This document shows, one piece after another, positions 27,747-36,378 of a stretch of 44,367 nucleotides of DNA. A program made the position numbers and the translations under genes. Origin of the DNA: a virus; the UHGV virus genome UHGV-0245551. One strand, given 5' to 3'. The first letter of the stretch is position 1, and every line of letters begins with the position of its first letter. Below the pieces are notes generated by a model that was not told where the DNA came from, did no database searches, and saw nothing but the letters and a program-made list of their open reading frames with translations.

Positions 27747-29471
27747 ATGGCAGAAAAATGGAATGGAGTACCAGTGCGTTACGATTTGTTGCCTATTGGA
27801 ACACGTCGTAGTGGAGAAGCATTACACACTAAAAATGGAAAGCCTAGTTTTGCAGTTATTCATGATACTGGGAATCCAAATACTACTGCACAAGATAATG
27901 TGAATTATTATAAAAATACTTATAATATCGCTTGGAGTATGGTAGCGAGCGCTCATATTTTTGTTGATGACAAAGAAGCAATTATATGTATTCCAGTTAC
28001 AGAGGTAGCATGGCATGTTATGTTGAATACTACTATAGATAATCAGTGGTATAATGCTGATGCTGACTATGCGGCATTTGGTGTAGAAGCATGTTACTTC
28101 ACAGATAAGAAACGTAGTTTAAAGTCGTTAGATAACGCAGCGCGTATCATGGCTTATCTTACTAAATTTTGGAAGATTAACTATAAAAATGAAATGCCAG
28201 GTCATCAAGACATACAGTATGACAAGCAAGATCCTGGAAACTTATTAGAAGCTTGTGGCTTAGGTCGTAATACGAGTATCTTTGATGGGTATGTAGCTAA
28301 ATATATTGACGTCGTTAAAGTTCCCAAAGTTAGCAAGAAGAAAGCCGGAAACAAAGGTAAAAACAAAGAAAAACCTAAATCTAAACCAACAACTAAAGAT
28401 TACCAAAGTGCAATCAATTATATGTATAGCCTGAAAGGTAAGTTTGTTGACTTTGATAATCGTTGGGCATATCAGTGTATGGACTTAGCAGTTGATTACG
28501 TATATCACATAACTAATGGCAAAGTTAGAATGTGGGGTAATGCGAAAGACAGTATCCTCAACATATTCCCTAAAGGTTGGAAGATTGTTAAAAATACATC
28601 AGATTATATACCTCCAGTTGGAGCAATTGGTGTATGTACGTATGGTATATATCAAAGATACGGTCACATCTATTTAGTTTGGGATAATAGTGGAGGAACT
28701 AACACACAAACTGTATTAGAACAAAACTTTGATGGTAACGCAGATACACCTGCAAAACTACGTGTAGATAATTTTTATGGAACAACACATTACATCGTGC
28801 CATCGTTTGTTGACGAAGACTATGACGTTAATAAAATTAAAACAGTCACGACACGTAAGGCTACAAATAAATATAATGGTAAACGAGTACCTAAAAACCT
28901 AGTATGGAGTAAAACGCCGCATTACATTGCAAAAGCAGACAGTGCAGGTGTCACTATCTGCAAAGATGTTAAAAACGGATATATGAAGAAAACTAATCTG
29001 GTATACAAAGCAGGTTATAGTCCGTTTTACGTATATGAAGTACGTGAAGGTTGGGCGCGTGTTTATTCTGAAAGTAGTAATTACTGGGTATGGCATGAGC
29101 GTTTGATCATCACTAAAGAATATAAACACAATGAAACAAGAGATGGTAAAAAAGCTAGTAAGCAAACAAAAGAAATGAAGAAAATAGCAAAAAAATCTAA
29201 AAACAAGCTTTCTATAGGTCAAATACCACCTAAAAGATTAAGTTGGCAACGTAAAAAGTACTTTGCAGCACGTGCAGATAGCTTTGGTGCAACGATACTT
29301 AACAGACATGGTGGTAAAGGTAATTACTCATGGAATATGACTAATACAACATATGGTAAAGGTCAATTATTCTATGTTTACGAGATTATCGACGGTTGGT
29401 GTCGTGTACACGGTCCTAGTGATAACTACTGGGTATGGCACGAAAGACTTAGAATTACAAAAGTATATTAA
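27747..29471 (+). CDS. endolysin: N-terminal Amidase_2 (PlyL-like), central CHAP, two C-terminal SH3b-like repeats
   Basis: FAVIHDTGNP...AHIFVDDKEAIICIP...AWHV (Amidase_2 pattern); WAYQCMDLAVDY...RYGHIYLV (CHAP Cys/His); tandem repeats ending YWVWHERLIITKEY / YWVWHERLRITKVY; RBS AGGAGG. Confidence 0.8.
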   Translation: MAEKWNGVPVRYDLLPIGTRRSGEALHTKNGKPSFAVIHDTGNPNTTAQDNVNYYKNTYNIAWSMVASAHIFVDDKEAIICIPVTEVAWHVMLNTTIDNQWYNADADYAAFGVEACYFTDKKRSLKSLDNAARIMAYLTKFWKINYKNEMPGHQDIQYDKQDPGNLLEACGLGRNTSIFDGYVAKYIDVVKVPKVSKKKAGNKGKNKEKPKSKPTTKDYQSAINYMYSLKGKFVDFDNRWAYQCMDLAVDYVYHITNGKVRMWGNAKDSILNIFPKGWKIVKNTSDYIPPVGAIGVCTYGIYQRYGHIYLVWDNSGGTNTQTVLEQNFDGNADTPAKLRVDNFYGTTHYIVPSFVDEDYDVNKIKTVTTRKATNKYNGKRVPKNLVWSKTPHYIAKADSAGVTICKDVKNGYMKKTNLVYKAGYSPFYVYEVREGWARVYSESSNYWVWHERLIITKEYKHNETRDGKKASKQTKEMKKIAKKSKNKLSIGQIPPKRLSWQRKKYFAARADSFGATILNRHGGKGNYSWNMTNTTYGKGQLFYVYEIIDGWCRVHGPSDNYWVWHERLRITKVY

Positions 29472-29830
29472 ATTATGTGGTATAATGCAGGTACCACGTC
29501 ATTATACAAGGGGAGTCGCTATGACTACCCTATTTTTTATTGTATAATATTCTTTGTTCCTGATTTCAAACTAATACTATATTCTAAACCGCGTTCTTTA
29601 TGAGCGTGGTTTTTTGTGTACACGTGTCAAATACGTGTCAAAATAGTTATAATCTTTTAGTTCTATTTAGAAAATAAATCTTTTAAAACACTGTACTTAT
29701 GGCTATTTAGTTTTATTTAGAAATTTATTTTTATCCCTCCGTTTCCGTACTATACCGTTGATATGACGGGATTTCGAGAGAGTAAGTGTCAAATAAGTGT
29801 CAAGAGAATATTTCTCTGACACGTTGACCT
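29472..29830. other. attP-like region between lysis genes and integrase, with arm-type repeats
   Basis: ACGTGTCAAATA / ACGTGTCAAAATA at 29622-29645; AAGTGTCAAATA / AAGTGTCAAGAG at 29784-29806; inverted CGTGTCAGA at 29815-29823; about 25 nt direct repeat TTTAGTTyTATTTAGAAA at 29655-29684 and 29706-29733. Confidence 0.45.
29586..29615 (+). terminator. intrinsic terminator after endolysin
   Basis: AAACCGCGTTC-tttat-GAGCGTGGTTT (11 bp stem with two G-U) followed by TTTTGTG. Confidence 0.6.
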
Positions 29831-30849
29831 TGCTCTTTTTTATGTTCTTCTAATAAATGTGAATACGTGTCTAGCGTTTGTGATATAGTAGCGTGACCTA
29901 AACGTTTACTTATATACTCGATTGGTATGCCTTTAGATAGTAAGTAAGATGTGTGCGTATGTCTGAGTGAATAGGGAGTTATATTATTATCGTTTAATCC
30001 TATCACTTCTTTTGCTTTTCTAAATGCTTTACTTACTGATGTATGACTAACCGAGAATAGCTTGCCATCAATTCTACGCGGCATTTTAGCTAATTTTGAA
30101 TTTATGTGCATGATATCTTTTGAATTAACTTCTACATCACGTTTTGAATTCTTTGTTTTCGTTCCAGGCAAATGAATTATGCCATTCGCTTTGTTTAGAT
30201 CTTTGTAAGTCATATTGATGACATCGCTATATCTTGCGCCAGTAATGCCTAATAGATATAGCAAAACATAACTTTCTTCATCTCTTTTCTTGAAATAATC
30301 TAGCAAGTTTAAATAGTCTTTTATTGTAATAAACTTAAATTTCTCATCTTTAGCTTTTTCAGTCCCTTTGATATTTACATTATAAGTAGGGTCTTTCTTC
30401 AAATAGCCATCGTATAACGCGTCTCTAATACATCTAGCAAGACAACCGTGAACTTTTCTTACTGTTTCATCAGTGTGACCTTGTGCGTATTGATTTAAAA
30501 ACTTTTGATACTCACTACGTGTGATATTTTTAACTAACATATTTTCTCCGAAATACTCACTGAATAATTTAATCGATCTTTCATACCAGTAGAATTGTTT
30601 GCTAGATAACTGTTTCTTGTTCTTAATTTTTATCCAGTCATCGTAGTAGTCAATGAATTTTTTATTATCTTCAATGTTGTTGCCATCTTCTAAATCTCTA
30701 ATAAATTGTTGTGCTGCGTTTGTAGCCTCAGCTTTTGTTTTAAATCCAGATTTACGTTTTTTGCCAGATTTCAAACTAGGGTGTTTAACATCATATTGCC
30801 ATGATGAGCTTTTCTTATTTTTGCGTTTGGTTACTGTAAATGTTGCCAT
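29800..30849 (-). CDS. int: tyrosine integrase with N-terminal arm-binding (AP2-like) domain
   Basis: 349 aa; N-terminal KRKNKKSSSWQYDVKHP...GFKTKAEA arm-binding-like; C-terminal catalytic R...HxxR...Y (LRHTHTSYLLSKG...LGHATISQTLDTYSHL). Confidence 0.85.
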   Translation of the reverse strand: MATFTVTKRKNKKSSSWQYDVKHPSLKSGKKRKSGFKTKAEATNAAQQFIRDLEDGNNIEDNKKFIDYYDDWIKIKNKKQLSSKQFYWYERSIKLFSEYFGENMLVKNITRSEYQKFLNQYAQGHTDETVRKVHGCLARCIRDALYDGYLKKDPTYNVNIKGTEKAKDEKFKFITIKDYLNLLDYFKKRDEESYVLLYLLGITGARYSDVINMTYKDLNKANGIIHLPGTKTKNSKRDVEVNSKDIMHINSKLAKMPRRIDGKLFSVSHTSVSKAFRKAKEVIGLNDNNITPYSLRHTHTSYLLSKGIPIEYISKRLGHATISQTLDTYSHLLEEHKKEQGQRVREIFS

Positions 30850-30909
30850 TTTCTGTGTTCCTCCTTAAAAAGGTAAAAAATAATAAGGGTAGGCGAGCTA
30901 CCCGTAAAA

Positions 30910-31491
30910 TTATTCTGCTGGTGTATTTTGAACTTCTTGTTGTCGTTTAGCCCAACTGTCGTAACCTTCATTTTTTCCTACCCAACCTGGACCACCTACA
31001 TGTGCGTTTGGATTGTTCCAAACCTTTTCGCTTGCTTTACGAGCCTCCTCATACTCTGAACGTCCATATCCCATTTGTGACTCATCGTGTGTGGTAGGTT
31101 TTGTTCTATTCCATTCATCGATTTCAGCTTGCGACATATAACCGTTATTATTTTGTGGTTGTTGGTTATCGCTTTGTTGAGTGGTTTGCTTGCCTTGTAT
31201 GCGTTCATTGTTTCCATTATTGCTTTGTGATTTACCATTATCGTTTTTAGATGTGCTTTCTGATTCGTTGTTAGTAGTGTCATCACTATTGTTTTTTGAT
31301 TCAGATTGTTTCTCGTCTTTAGAATCAACTTTCTTATCATCTGATTTTTTATCTTTCTTTGGATCGTTAGATTTCTTATCTGATTTACTTTCCGACTTCT
31401 TATTATCATCCTTATTTGGTTTGTGTTCGTCTTGACCACATGCACCTAACACTAATAAACTTGCAAATATTAAAAATAGGACCTTTTTCAT
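30910..31491 (-). CDS. lipoprotein, low-complexity K/D/S/N/Q-rich with a roughly 70 aa C-terminal domain
   Basis: Signal peptide MKKVLFLIFASLLVLGAC (lipobox LGAC); long charged low-complexity linker; ordered aromatic-rich C-terminal domain. Confidence 0.55.
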   Translation of the reverse strand: MKKVLFLIFASLLVLGACGQDEHKPNKDDNKKSESKSDKKSNDPKKDKKSDDKKVDSKDEKQSESKNNSDDTTNNESESTSKNDNGKSQSNNGNNERIQGKQTTQQSDNQQPQNNNGYMSQAEIDEWNRTKPTTHDESQMGYGRSEYEEARKASEKVWNNPNAHVGGPGWVGKNEGYDSWAKRQQEVQNTPAE

Positions 31492-31514
31492 TTTACATTT
31501 CCCCTTTGTTATAT

Positions 31515-32078
31515 TTAATTGTTAGCTATATCATCTGCAGCTGAATAATCTACAGTTTTTAATTTACTGACATCTATTTTCTTGTTGCCAAGTTTTTTAC
31601 CTTCTGTTCCTTTAGTAGCTTTAAGTGTCACTTGCTTATCATTTTCTAATTCATAAGTGATAATACCTTTAGCAGTTTTACCTTTTTTAATTACATCGCC
31701 GTTATGTTTATCCCATTCTTCAAATTTACCAGTGTTTGGAGTAGGACCGACTTCAAGTTTACTTTCGGTGTTCTCACTATCTTGAACAGCCTCCATTGAC
31801 GCTATCCATACATTCATTGGCGTTATTTGTTCGTTTCCATCTTTACTTTTAACTTCATATTTAAAGGCTAATAATTTCTTTCCGTTATCTAAATCTTTAT
31901 CGTTTACCAAAAAAGTATCTTTTATTTTTAAAACGGCTTGATCAAGGACTAAAGTATCGTTAGTGAACTGCACTTTATTTTCATCAACGGAAGTTGATTT
32001 TTTTGAGTTGTTATTGTTGTTACTACATGCCACTAAAACTAAAAAACAAGATAATAAAATAAATAAAACTTTTTTCAT
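31515..32078 (-). CDS. lipoprotein (moron)
   Basis: MKKVLFILLSCFLVLVACSNNNNN (lipobox LVAC); beta-rich mature domain; sits between int and cI on the lysogeny strand. Confidence 0.6.
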   Translation of the reverse strand: MKKVLFILLSCFLVLVACSNNNNNSKKSTSVDENKVQFTNDTLVLDQAVLKIKDTFLVNDKDLDNGKKLLAFKYEVKSKDGNEQITPMNVWIASMEAVQDSENTESKLEVGPTPNTGKFEEWDKHNGDVIKKGKTAKGIITYELENDKQVTLKATKGTEGKKLGNKKIDVSKLKTVDYSAADDIANN

Positions 32079-32129
32079 TCTACATTTCTCCTTTAAATTA
32101 ATTTATATTAAAGCGCCACTAGGACGCTA

Positions 32130-32768
32130 TTAATCGAACTTTTGATAGTTATATATAACTTTACCGATAACTTCTATTTCGTTAGTATTTTCAATGTCAT
32201 ATGTATTTGTTTTGAATTCATCAAAATAGCTAACTGGTTCTAAATGTAATTTGGTTTCCGTAAGTCTTACACGTTTTACTGTATATTCTCCACCTAATCG
32301 TAAAACTAAAATATCATTACTGTTTAATTTATAATCTTGATTAATTCTATAGTCATGTACGATTATATACGAACCATTAGCAAGTATTTTATTCATGCTA
32401 TCGCCGTTAACTTGTAAAGCTATACATTCGCTAGGTTTGCGACCACTGAAAACAAAAGATGGCGCTTTGAGAGTCTTATTATCAACCGTCATTTCTTCGA
32501 AGTTACCAGCAGAAACTTTACCATAATAAGGAATATCAATTTCGTTATCGATTTCTGGGATTGTAGCTTCTTCGATTTCTCCTAATAGATATCCTTTTGA
32601 AACATGAAACAAACTAGAAATTTTCTCAATCATACCCATTCTAGGTTCGTTTTTGCCGTTTTCCCACATTCTAATAGTACCTTCGGAAACATCTAATTTT
32701 TTTGCCATTTCAACTTTTGATAATCTATTGTTCAGTCTAATTTCTTTGATGGAATGTTTGAAAGCCAT
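32130..32768 (-). CDS. cI: CI-like repressor (XRE HTH plus S24 LexA-type peptidase domain)
   Basis: N-terminal HTH (LSKVEMAKKLDVSEGTIRMWENGKNEP); C-terminal GDSM ... VKRV Ser/Lys dyad region; divergent from cro. Confidence 0.8.
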   Translation of the reverse strand: MAFKHSIKEIRLNNRLSKVEMAKKLDVSEGTIRMWENGKNEPRMGMIEKISSLFHVSKGYLLGEIEEATIPEIDNEIDIPYYGKVSAGNFEEMTVDNKTLKAPSFVFSGRKPSECIALQVNGDSMNKILANGSYIIVHDYRINQDYKLNSNDILVLRLGGEYTVKRVRLTETKLHLEPVSYFDEFKTNTYDIENTNEIEVIGKVIYNYQKFD

Positions 32769-32960
32769 TTTAATTACCTTCCTTATATATATGATGTTTT
32801 GACACTTATTATTATACTATGAAAAATCGTAATTGCAACATCTAAAATACGATTTATTAAATTAAAGTTACGCATTTTTTAAAATAAATTACGAAAAATA
32901 CTTGCAATCGTATTTATAATTCGATATACTCTAATCAGAGCTTAACAAGGAGGTAAAAAA
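32769..32960. promoter_or_regulatory. cI-cro intergenic switch region with operator-like inverted repeats
   Basis: Repeated CGTAATTGCAA / TTGCAATCGTA half-sites and AAATACGATTT repeats; -10-like TATAAT/TATACT upstream of cro; RBS AGGAGG before 32961. Confidence 0.5.
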
Positions 32961-33221
32961 ATGAATCACATAAAACAAAACTTGAAGTTAGATGAATGGC
33001 GAAAAAGAAAAGGTTATACTCAATCATCTTTCGCTTATAAATTAGGAATTTCTCCATCAACTTATAACATTTGGGAGAATAATCCAGAAATCATCAAACC
33101 TAAAGACGCATTTAAAATTGCAAAAGTTTTAGAAGTCTCTATCGACGAGATTATTTTTTTAAAAGATGAATCGTATTTTAAATACGTTTTAGTCGAAGAA
33201 AAACAACACCAAACAATTTAA
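32961..33221 (+). CDS. cro: Cro-like HTH regulator
   Basis: 86 aa XRE-type HTH (KGYTQSSFAYKLGISPSTYNIWEN); divergent from cI. Confidence 0.7.
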   Translation: MNHIKQNLKLDEWRKRKGYTQSSFAYKLGISPSTYNIWENNPEIIKPKDAFKIAKVLEVSIDEIIFLKDESYFKYVLVEEKQHQTI

Positions 33222-33236
33222 TAAGGAGGAAATCAA

Positions 33237-33950
33237 ATGCGAGATTTACAAGTATTTAATTTCGAAGAATTACCAGTAAGAACATTAACAGTAAACGAGG
33301 AACCATGTTTTGTAGGGAAAGATGTTGCAGACATTTTAGGTTACAAAAGAACGGCAGACGCAATCAGAGAACATGTTGATGCTGAAGATAAAGGGGTCGG
33401 TAAAATACAGACACCTGGAGGAATGCAAAATGTAACGCTAATAAATGAATCAGGATTATATAGTTTAATCTTCTCATCAAAATTAGAATCAGCTAAACGT
33501 TTCAAACGTTGGGTGACATCAGAAGTTTTACCGACTTTAAGAAAGACTGGAACTTACCAAGTGCCAAGCGATCCAATGCAAGCACTCAAGTTGATGTTTA
33601 AAGCGACGGAACAAACTAAAGAAGAAATTGCGACAGTGAAAGCAGATGTTATCGATTTGAAAGAAAACCAAAAGTTAGACACAGGAGATTACAACTTATT
33701 GTCTAGAACGATTAATCAACGAGTTGCTCACATTCAAAAGATACATGCAATAACAAATCAAAAACAACGCAGTGAATTATTCCGAGACATCAATTCAGAA
33801 GTCAAAAAGATGACAGGCGCAACATCAAGAACAAATGTAAGACAAAAACACTTTGATGATGTTTTATCAATGGTTGCTAACTGGTTCCCGTCACAAGCGA
33901 CATTATACAAAATAAAGCAACTAGAAATGGACTTTGAAAACGAAGTATAA
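33237..33950 (+). CDS. antirepressor (Bro-N domain)
   Basis: N-terminal ...ELPVRTLTVNEEPCFVGKDVADILGY... Bro-N pattern; 237 aa; immediately downstream of cro. Confidence 0.6.
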   Translation: MRDLQVFNFEELPVRTLTVNEEPCFVGKDVADILGYKRTADAIREHVDAEDKGVGKIQTPGGMQNVTLINESGLYSLIFSSKLESAKRFKRWVTSEVLPTLRKTGTYQVPSDPMQALKLMFKATEQTKEEIATVKADVIDLKENQKLDTGDYNLLSRTINQRVAHIQKIHAITNQKQRSELFRDINSEVKKMTGATSRTNVRQKHFDDVLSMVANWFPSQATLYKIKQLEMDFENEV

Positions 33951-33953
33951 GGA

Positions 33954-34172
33954 GTGATAGCAATGGAATACATTGGGTTCGCAGACGCCAAAGAATTCGT
34001 AAAAGTAAGTGGCATTTCTAAAAATGATTTAGAAAAGCACGTTTATAGCAACAAAGAATTTCAAGAACAATGTATGTACCGATTTGGTAAGAATCATAAA
34101 CGTTACATCAAGATTAGACCAGCAATTGACTTTATAGAACAAAATTTAATGATGTCAGAAACGGCACTTTAG
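33954..34172 (+). CDS. hypothetical small DNA-binding-like protein (72 aa; possible excisionase-type)
   Basis: small basic protein after antirepressor; no firm motif. Confidence 0.35.
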   Translation: MIAMEYIGFADAKEFVKVSGISKNDLEKHVYSNKEFQEQCMYRFGKNHKRYIKIRPAIDFIEQNLMMSETAL

Positions 34173-34187
34173 AGGAGGCCAAACAAA

Positions 34188-34337
34188 ATGAACAAGCTAC
34201 AACTCATTAAAATAGCACTCCTAACAGCGCTTTTGGTAGAGGAAGTTAGGAATGCTATGGGAAATGAAACGATCGAATTAATCACTAAAAAAGTTAATCA
34301 AGCAAACGCCGATAACGCGGAAAAGCACTTATTCTAG
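34188..34337 (+). CDS. hypothetical small protein (49 aa)
   Basis: ATG 34188 preceded by GGAGG; below ORF-track cutoff. Confidence 0.3.
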   Translation: MNKLQLIKIALLTALLVEEVRNAMGNETIELITKKVNQANADNAEKHLF

Positions 34338-34401
34338 CAGCAAGATGAAACAGTTTCTTGAGGATAATTTCAAAAACATATTTGGATAGGAAGGTGTAAA
34401 A

Positions 34402-34578
34402 GATGAAATATCTATTAAGTTATATGACGATGTTCATCGCAATGATTATCACATTACTTTTAGGAGGTGGTTTCTTTACGGTAATAGCATTTTCAATGTT
34501 AACGCTTATTTTCAGTAGCTTCTTTTGGGAAAAGTGGCTTGAGATAACAAAAAAGACTGAAAGACGCGCCAACGCCTA
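34402..34578 (+). CDS. small membrane protein (58 aa)
   Basis: ATG 34402 after AGGAAGGTG; MKYLLSYMTMFIAMIITLLLGGGFFTVIAFSMLTLIFSSFFW... Confidence 0.3.
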
Positions 34579-34640
34579 ACAGTCAAACACTAATCAAAAT
34601 ATACAACTTAATTTAATCAAAATATACGGAGGTAGTCAAT

Positions 34641-34913
34641 ATGAAACATAAACTTTTAAAAATAGCCAATGATTTAAACAAATTAATTTTGCATAGTGAT
34701 GAAGAAGTGAAAGTAGAATTTAGAAATTTTATCGACGGGAAAGTTGACATTTCCATTTGGCACTACTCTCAAAAATATGAATATAAATGTAGTTCTCTAA
34801 GTTTCTATGAAACTCATACAGATGAAGAACTACAAAGAAGTTTTGAATTAGCAAAAGATGTCATTGCAGGGGAGTGTTTGATTGATGAAAGAAACAGTGA
34901 CATATCTAATTAA
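34641..34913 (+). CDS. hypothetical protein (90 aa)
   Basis: RBS GGAGG before ATG 34641. Confidence 0.4.
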   Translation: MKHKLLKIANDLNKLILHSDEEVKVEFRNFIDGKVDISIWHYSQKYEYKCSSLSFYETHTDEELQRSFELAKDVIAGECLIDERNSDISN

Positions 34914-35112
34914 ACTGAAAGACGCTCCTTTTGACTTGTATATCACTAATAAACCTAGTGCGAACTTTCCTACAATCAAATATTCAACAAGTAGTGGAGA
35001 TGCTAAAGATTTTGACGGTTTAGATAAAACTGTTATTGACATGACAAAACACATAGCAATTAAAAAGACGGTAACTGAAACAACTAAATTTGAGGAGGTT
35101 GAGTATGACTGA
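34882..35112 (+). CDS. hypothetical protein (76 aa)
   Basis: overlapping ORF series upstream of recombination module. Confidence 0.35.
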   Translation: MMKETVTYLIKLKDAPFDLYITNKPSANFPTIKYSTSSGDAKDFDGLDKTVIDMTKHIAIKKTVTETTKFEEVEYD

Positions 35113-35776
35113 AGAACTTAATTTATACCAAAAAATAGCTGACGTTAAAGCTAATATCGAAGGGTTTACAAAAGACACTAAAGGCTACAACTACAGTTAC
35201 GTAAGTGGATCTCAAGTATTACACAGAATTAGAAACAAGATGATTGAACATAATCTATTACTCGTACCAAAAACATCAGATGAAAACTACAAGCAAATCG
35301 AGGTTACTAGATTTAACAAAAAAGCGTCTCGAGAAGTTACAACATCAGAGTTTGTTGTTGAGATGAAATTAACTTATTTATGGATTAATGCAGATAAACC
35401 AGAAGAACAACTTGAAGTGAACTTTTATTCTGTAGGTCAACAAGATGATGTATCGAAAGCACATGGTACGGCATTAACGTACGCAGAACGTTATTTCTTA
35501 ATGAAATTCTTCAATATCCCAACTGATGAAGATGACGCAGACGCAAAACAAAAGCAAGAAAAGTACAACAAAGTAAGTAGTCAAACAGTCAGCGTTCTAA
35601 AAGAAGAAATACTTAAATTTGTCGACTTGATGAAATCGTTAGGAAAAGAAGTATCTCAACAACAAGCAGAACAAACTTTTGGCATACAAAACTATTCGTC
35701 AATGTCAGAACAACAAGCAATCAATACAATCAACAAAATTCAAACAATGGCTAAAAAATATACGGAGGCGAAATAA
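35105..35776 (+). CDS. ssDNA-annealing recombinase, ERF-family-like
   Basis: ORF track 35090..35776; GGAGG then ATG 35105 (MTEELNLYQKIADVKANIEG...); directly upstream of SSB; size and position match phage ERF/Sak-type annealing proteins. Confidence 0.45.
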   Translation: MTEELNLYQKIADVKANIEGFTKDTKGYNYSYVSGSQVLHRIRNKMIEHNLLLVPKTSDENYKQIEVTRFNKKASREVTTSEFVVEMKLTYLWINADKPEEQLEVNFYSVGQQDDVSKAHGTALTYAERYFLMKFFNIPTDEDDADAKQKQEKYNKVSSQTVSVLKEEILKFVDLMKSLGKEVSQQQAEQTFGIQNYSSMSEQQAINTINKIQTMAKKYTEAK

Positions 35777-36195
35777 TGACTAACTTAACGATTTTGACAG
35801 GACGTATCACTAAAGATTTAGAACTTAAACAAGCAGGACAAACACAAGTAACTAACTTCTCTATGGCAGTGGACAATCCATTCAAAAAAGATGACACATC
35901 ATTCTTTGACATCGTAGCGTTTGGCAAAACTGCACAACTATTAAACGACTATTGCGGTAAGGGAAGCAAAGTTTTAATCGAAGGCAACTTGAAGCAAGAC
36001 CGTTTCCAAGATAAAGAAGGTAACAATCGTTCAGTAGTACGAGTAATTGCTAACAGAATTGAATTTTTAGATAGCAAAGGTAGTAATCAACAAAATAGTC
36101 AATCTCAACAACAAAGAGGACAAGCACCAGCAGGCAATAACCCGTTTGCAAATAACAACAATTCGAATATAGAAGATGACGATTTACCCTTTTGA
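35776..36195 (+). CDS. ssb: single-stranded DNA-binding protein
   Basis: OB-fold N-terminal region, Gln/Gly/Asn-rich tail and canonical acidic C-terminus ...EDDDLPF. Confidence 0.8.
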   Translation: MTNLTILTGRITKDLELKQAGQTQVTNFSMAVDNPFKKDDTSFFDIVAFGKTAQLLNDYCGKGSKVLIEGNLKQDRFQDKEGNNRSVVRVIANRIEFLDSKGSNQQNSQSQQQRGQAPAGNNPFANNNNSNIEDDDLPF

Positions 36196-36370
36196 TAAGC
36201 CTACAATAAGACAAATTGAGTACGCCGAATACTTGCAATCATTTTTAAGAATAGATGACGACTTATCAAAAATGAATAAGAGAGAAATAAGTAACTATAT
36301 TAATTTAATAAAACCTGAGGCAGAAAATATTATTGATGAATTGCAATCGCATACAGATATTGTTTGGTAG
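36176..36370 (+). CDS. hypothetical protein (64 aa)
   Basis: small ORF overlapping ssb end. Confidence 0.3.
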   Translation: MTIYPFDKPTIRQIEYAEYLQSFLRIDDDLSKMNKREISNYINLIKPEAENIIDELQSHTDIVW

Positions 36371-36378
36371 GTGATTGA

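Noticed and set aside
29353-29547. ORF 29353..29547 overlapping the endolysin 3' end and attP region
   Set aside because: It is out of frame within the SH3b repeat, has no RBS, and runs into non-coding attP sequence.
29620-29830. Short direct repeats near int considered as a possible CRISPR-like array
   Set aside because: The repeats are 10-12 nt with irregular spacing and there are only 4-5 copies. This fits recombinase arm sites, not CRISPR.
30996-31445. Alternative-frame ORFs (30996..31445 minus, 31181..31435 plus) overlapping the low-complexity lipoprotein gene
   Set aside because: They are by-products of the repetitive K/D/S codon stretch. The signal-peptide/lipobox frame (30910..31491 minus) is the coherent one.
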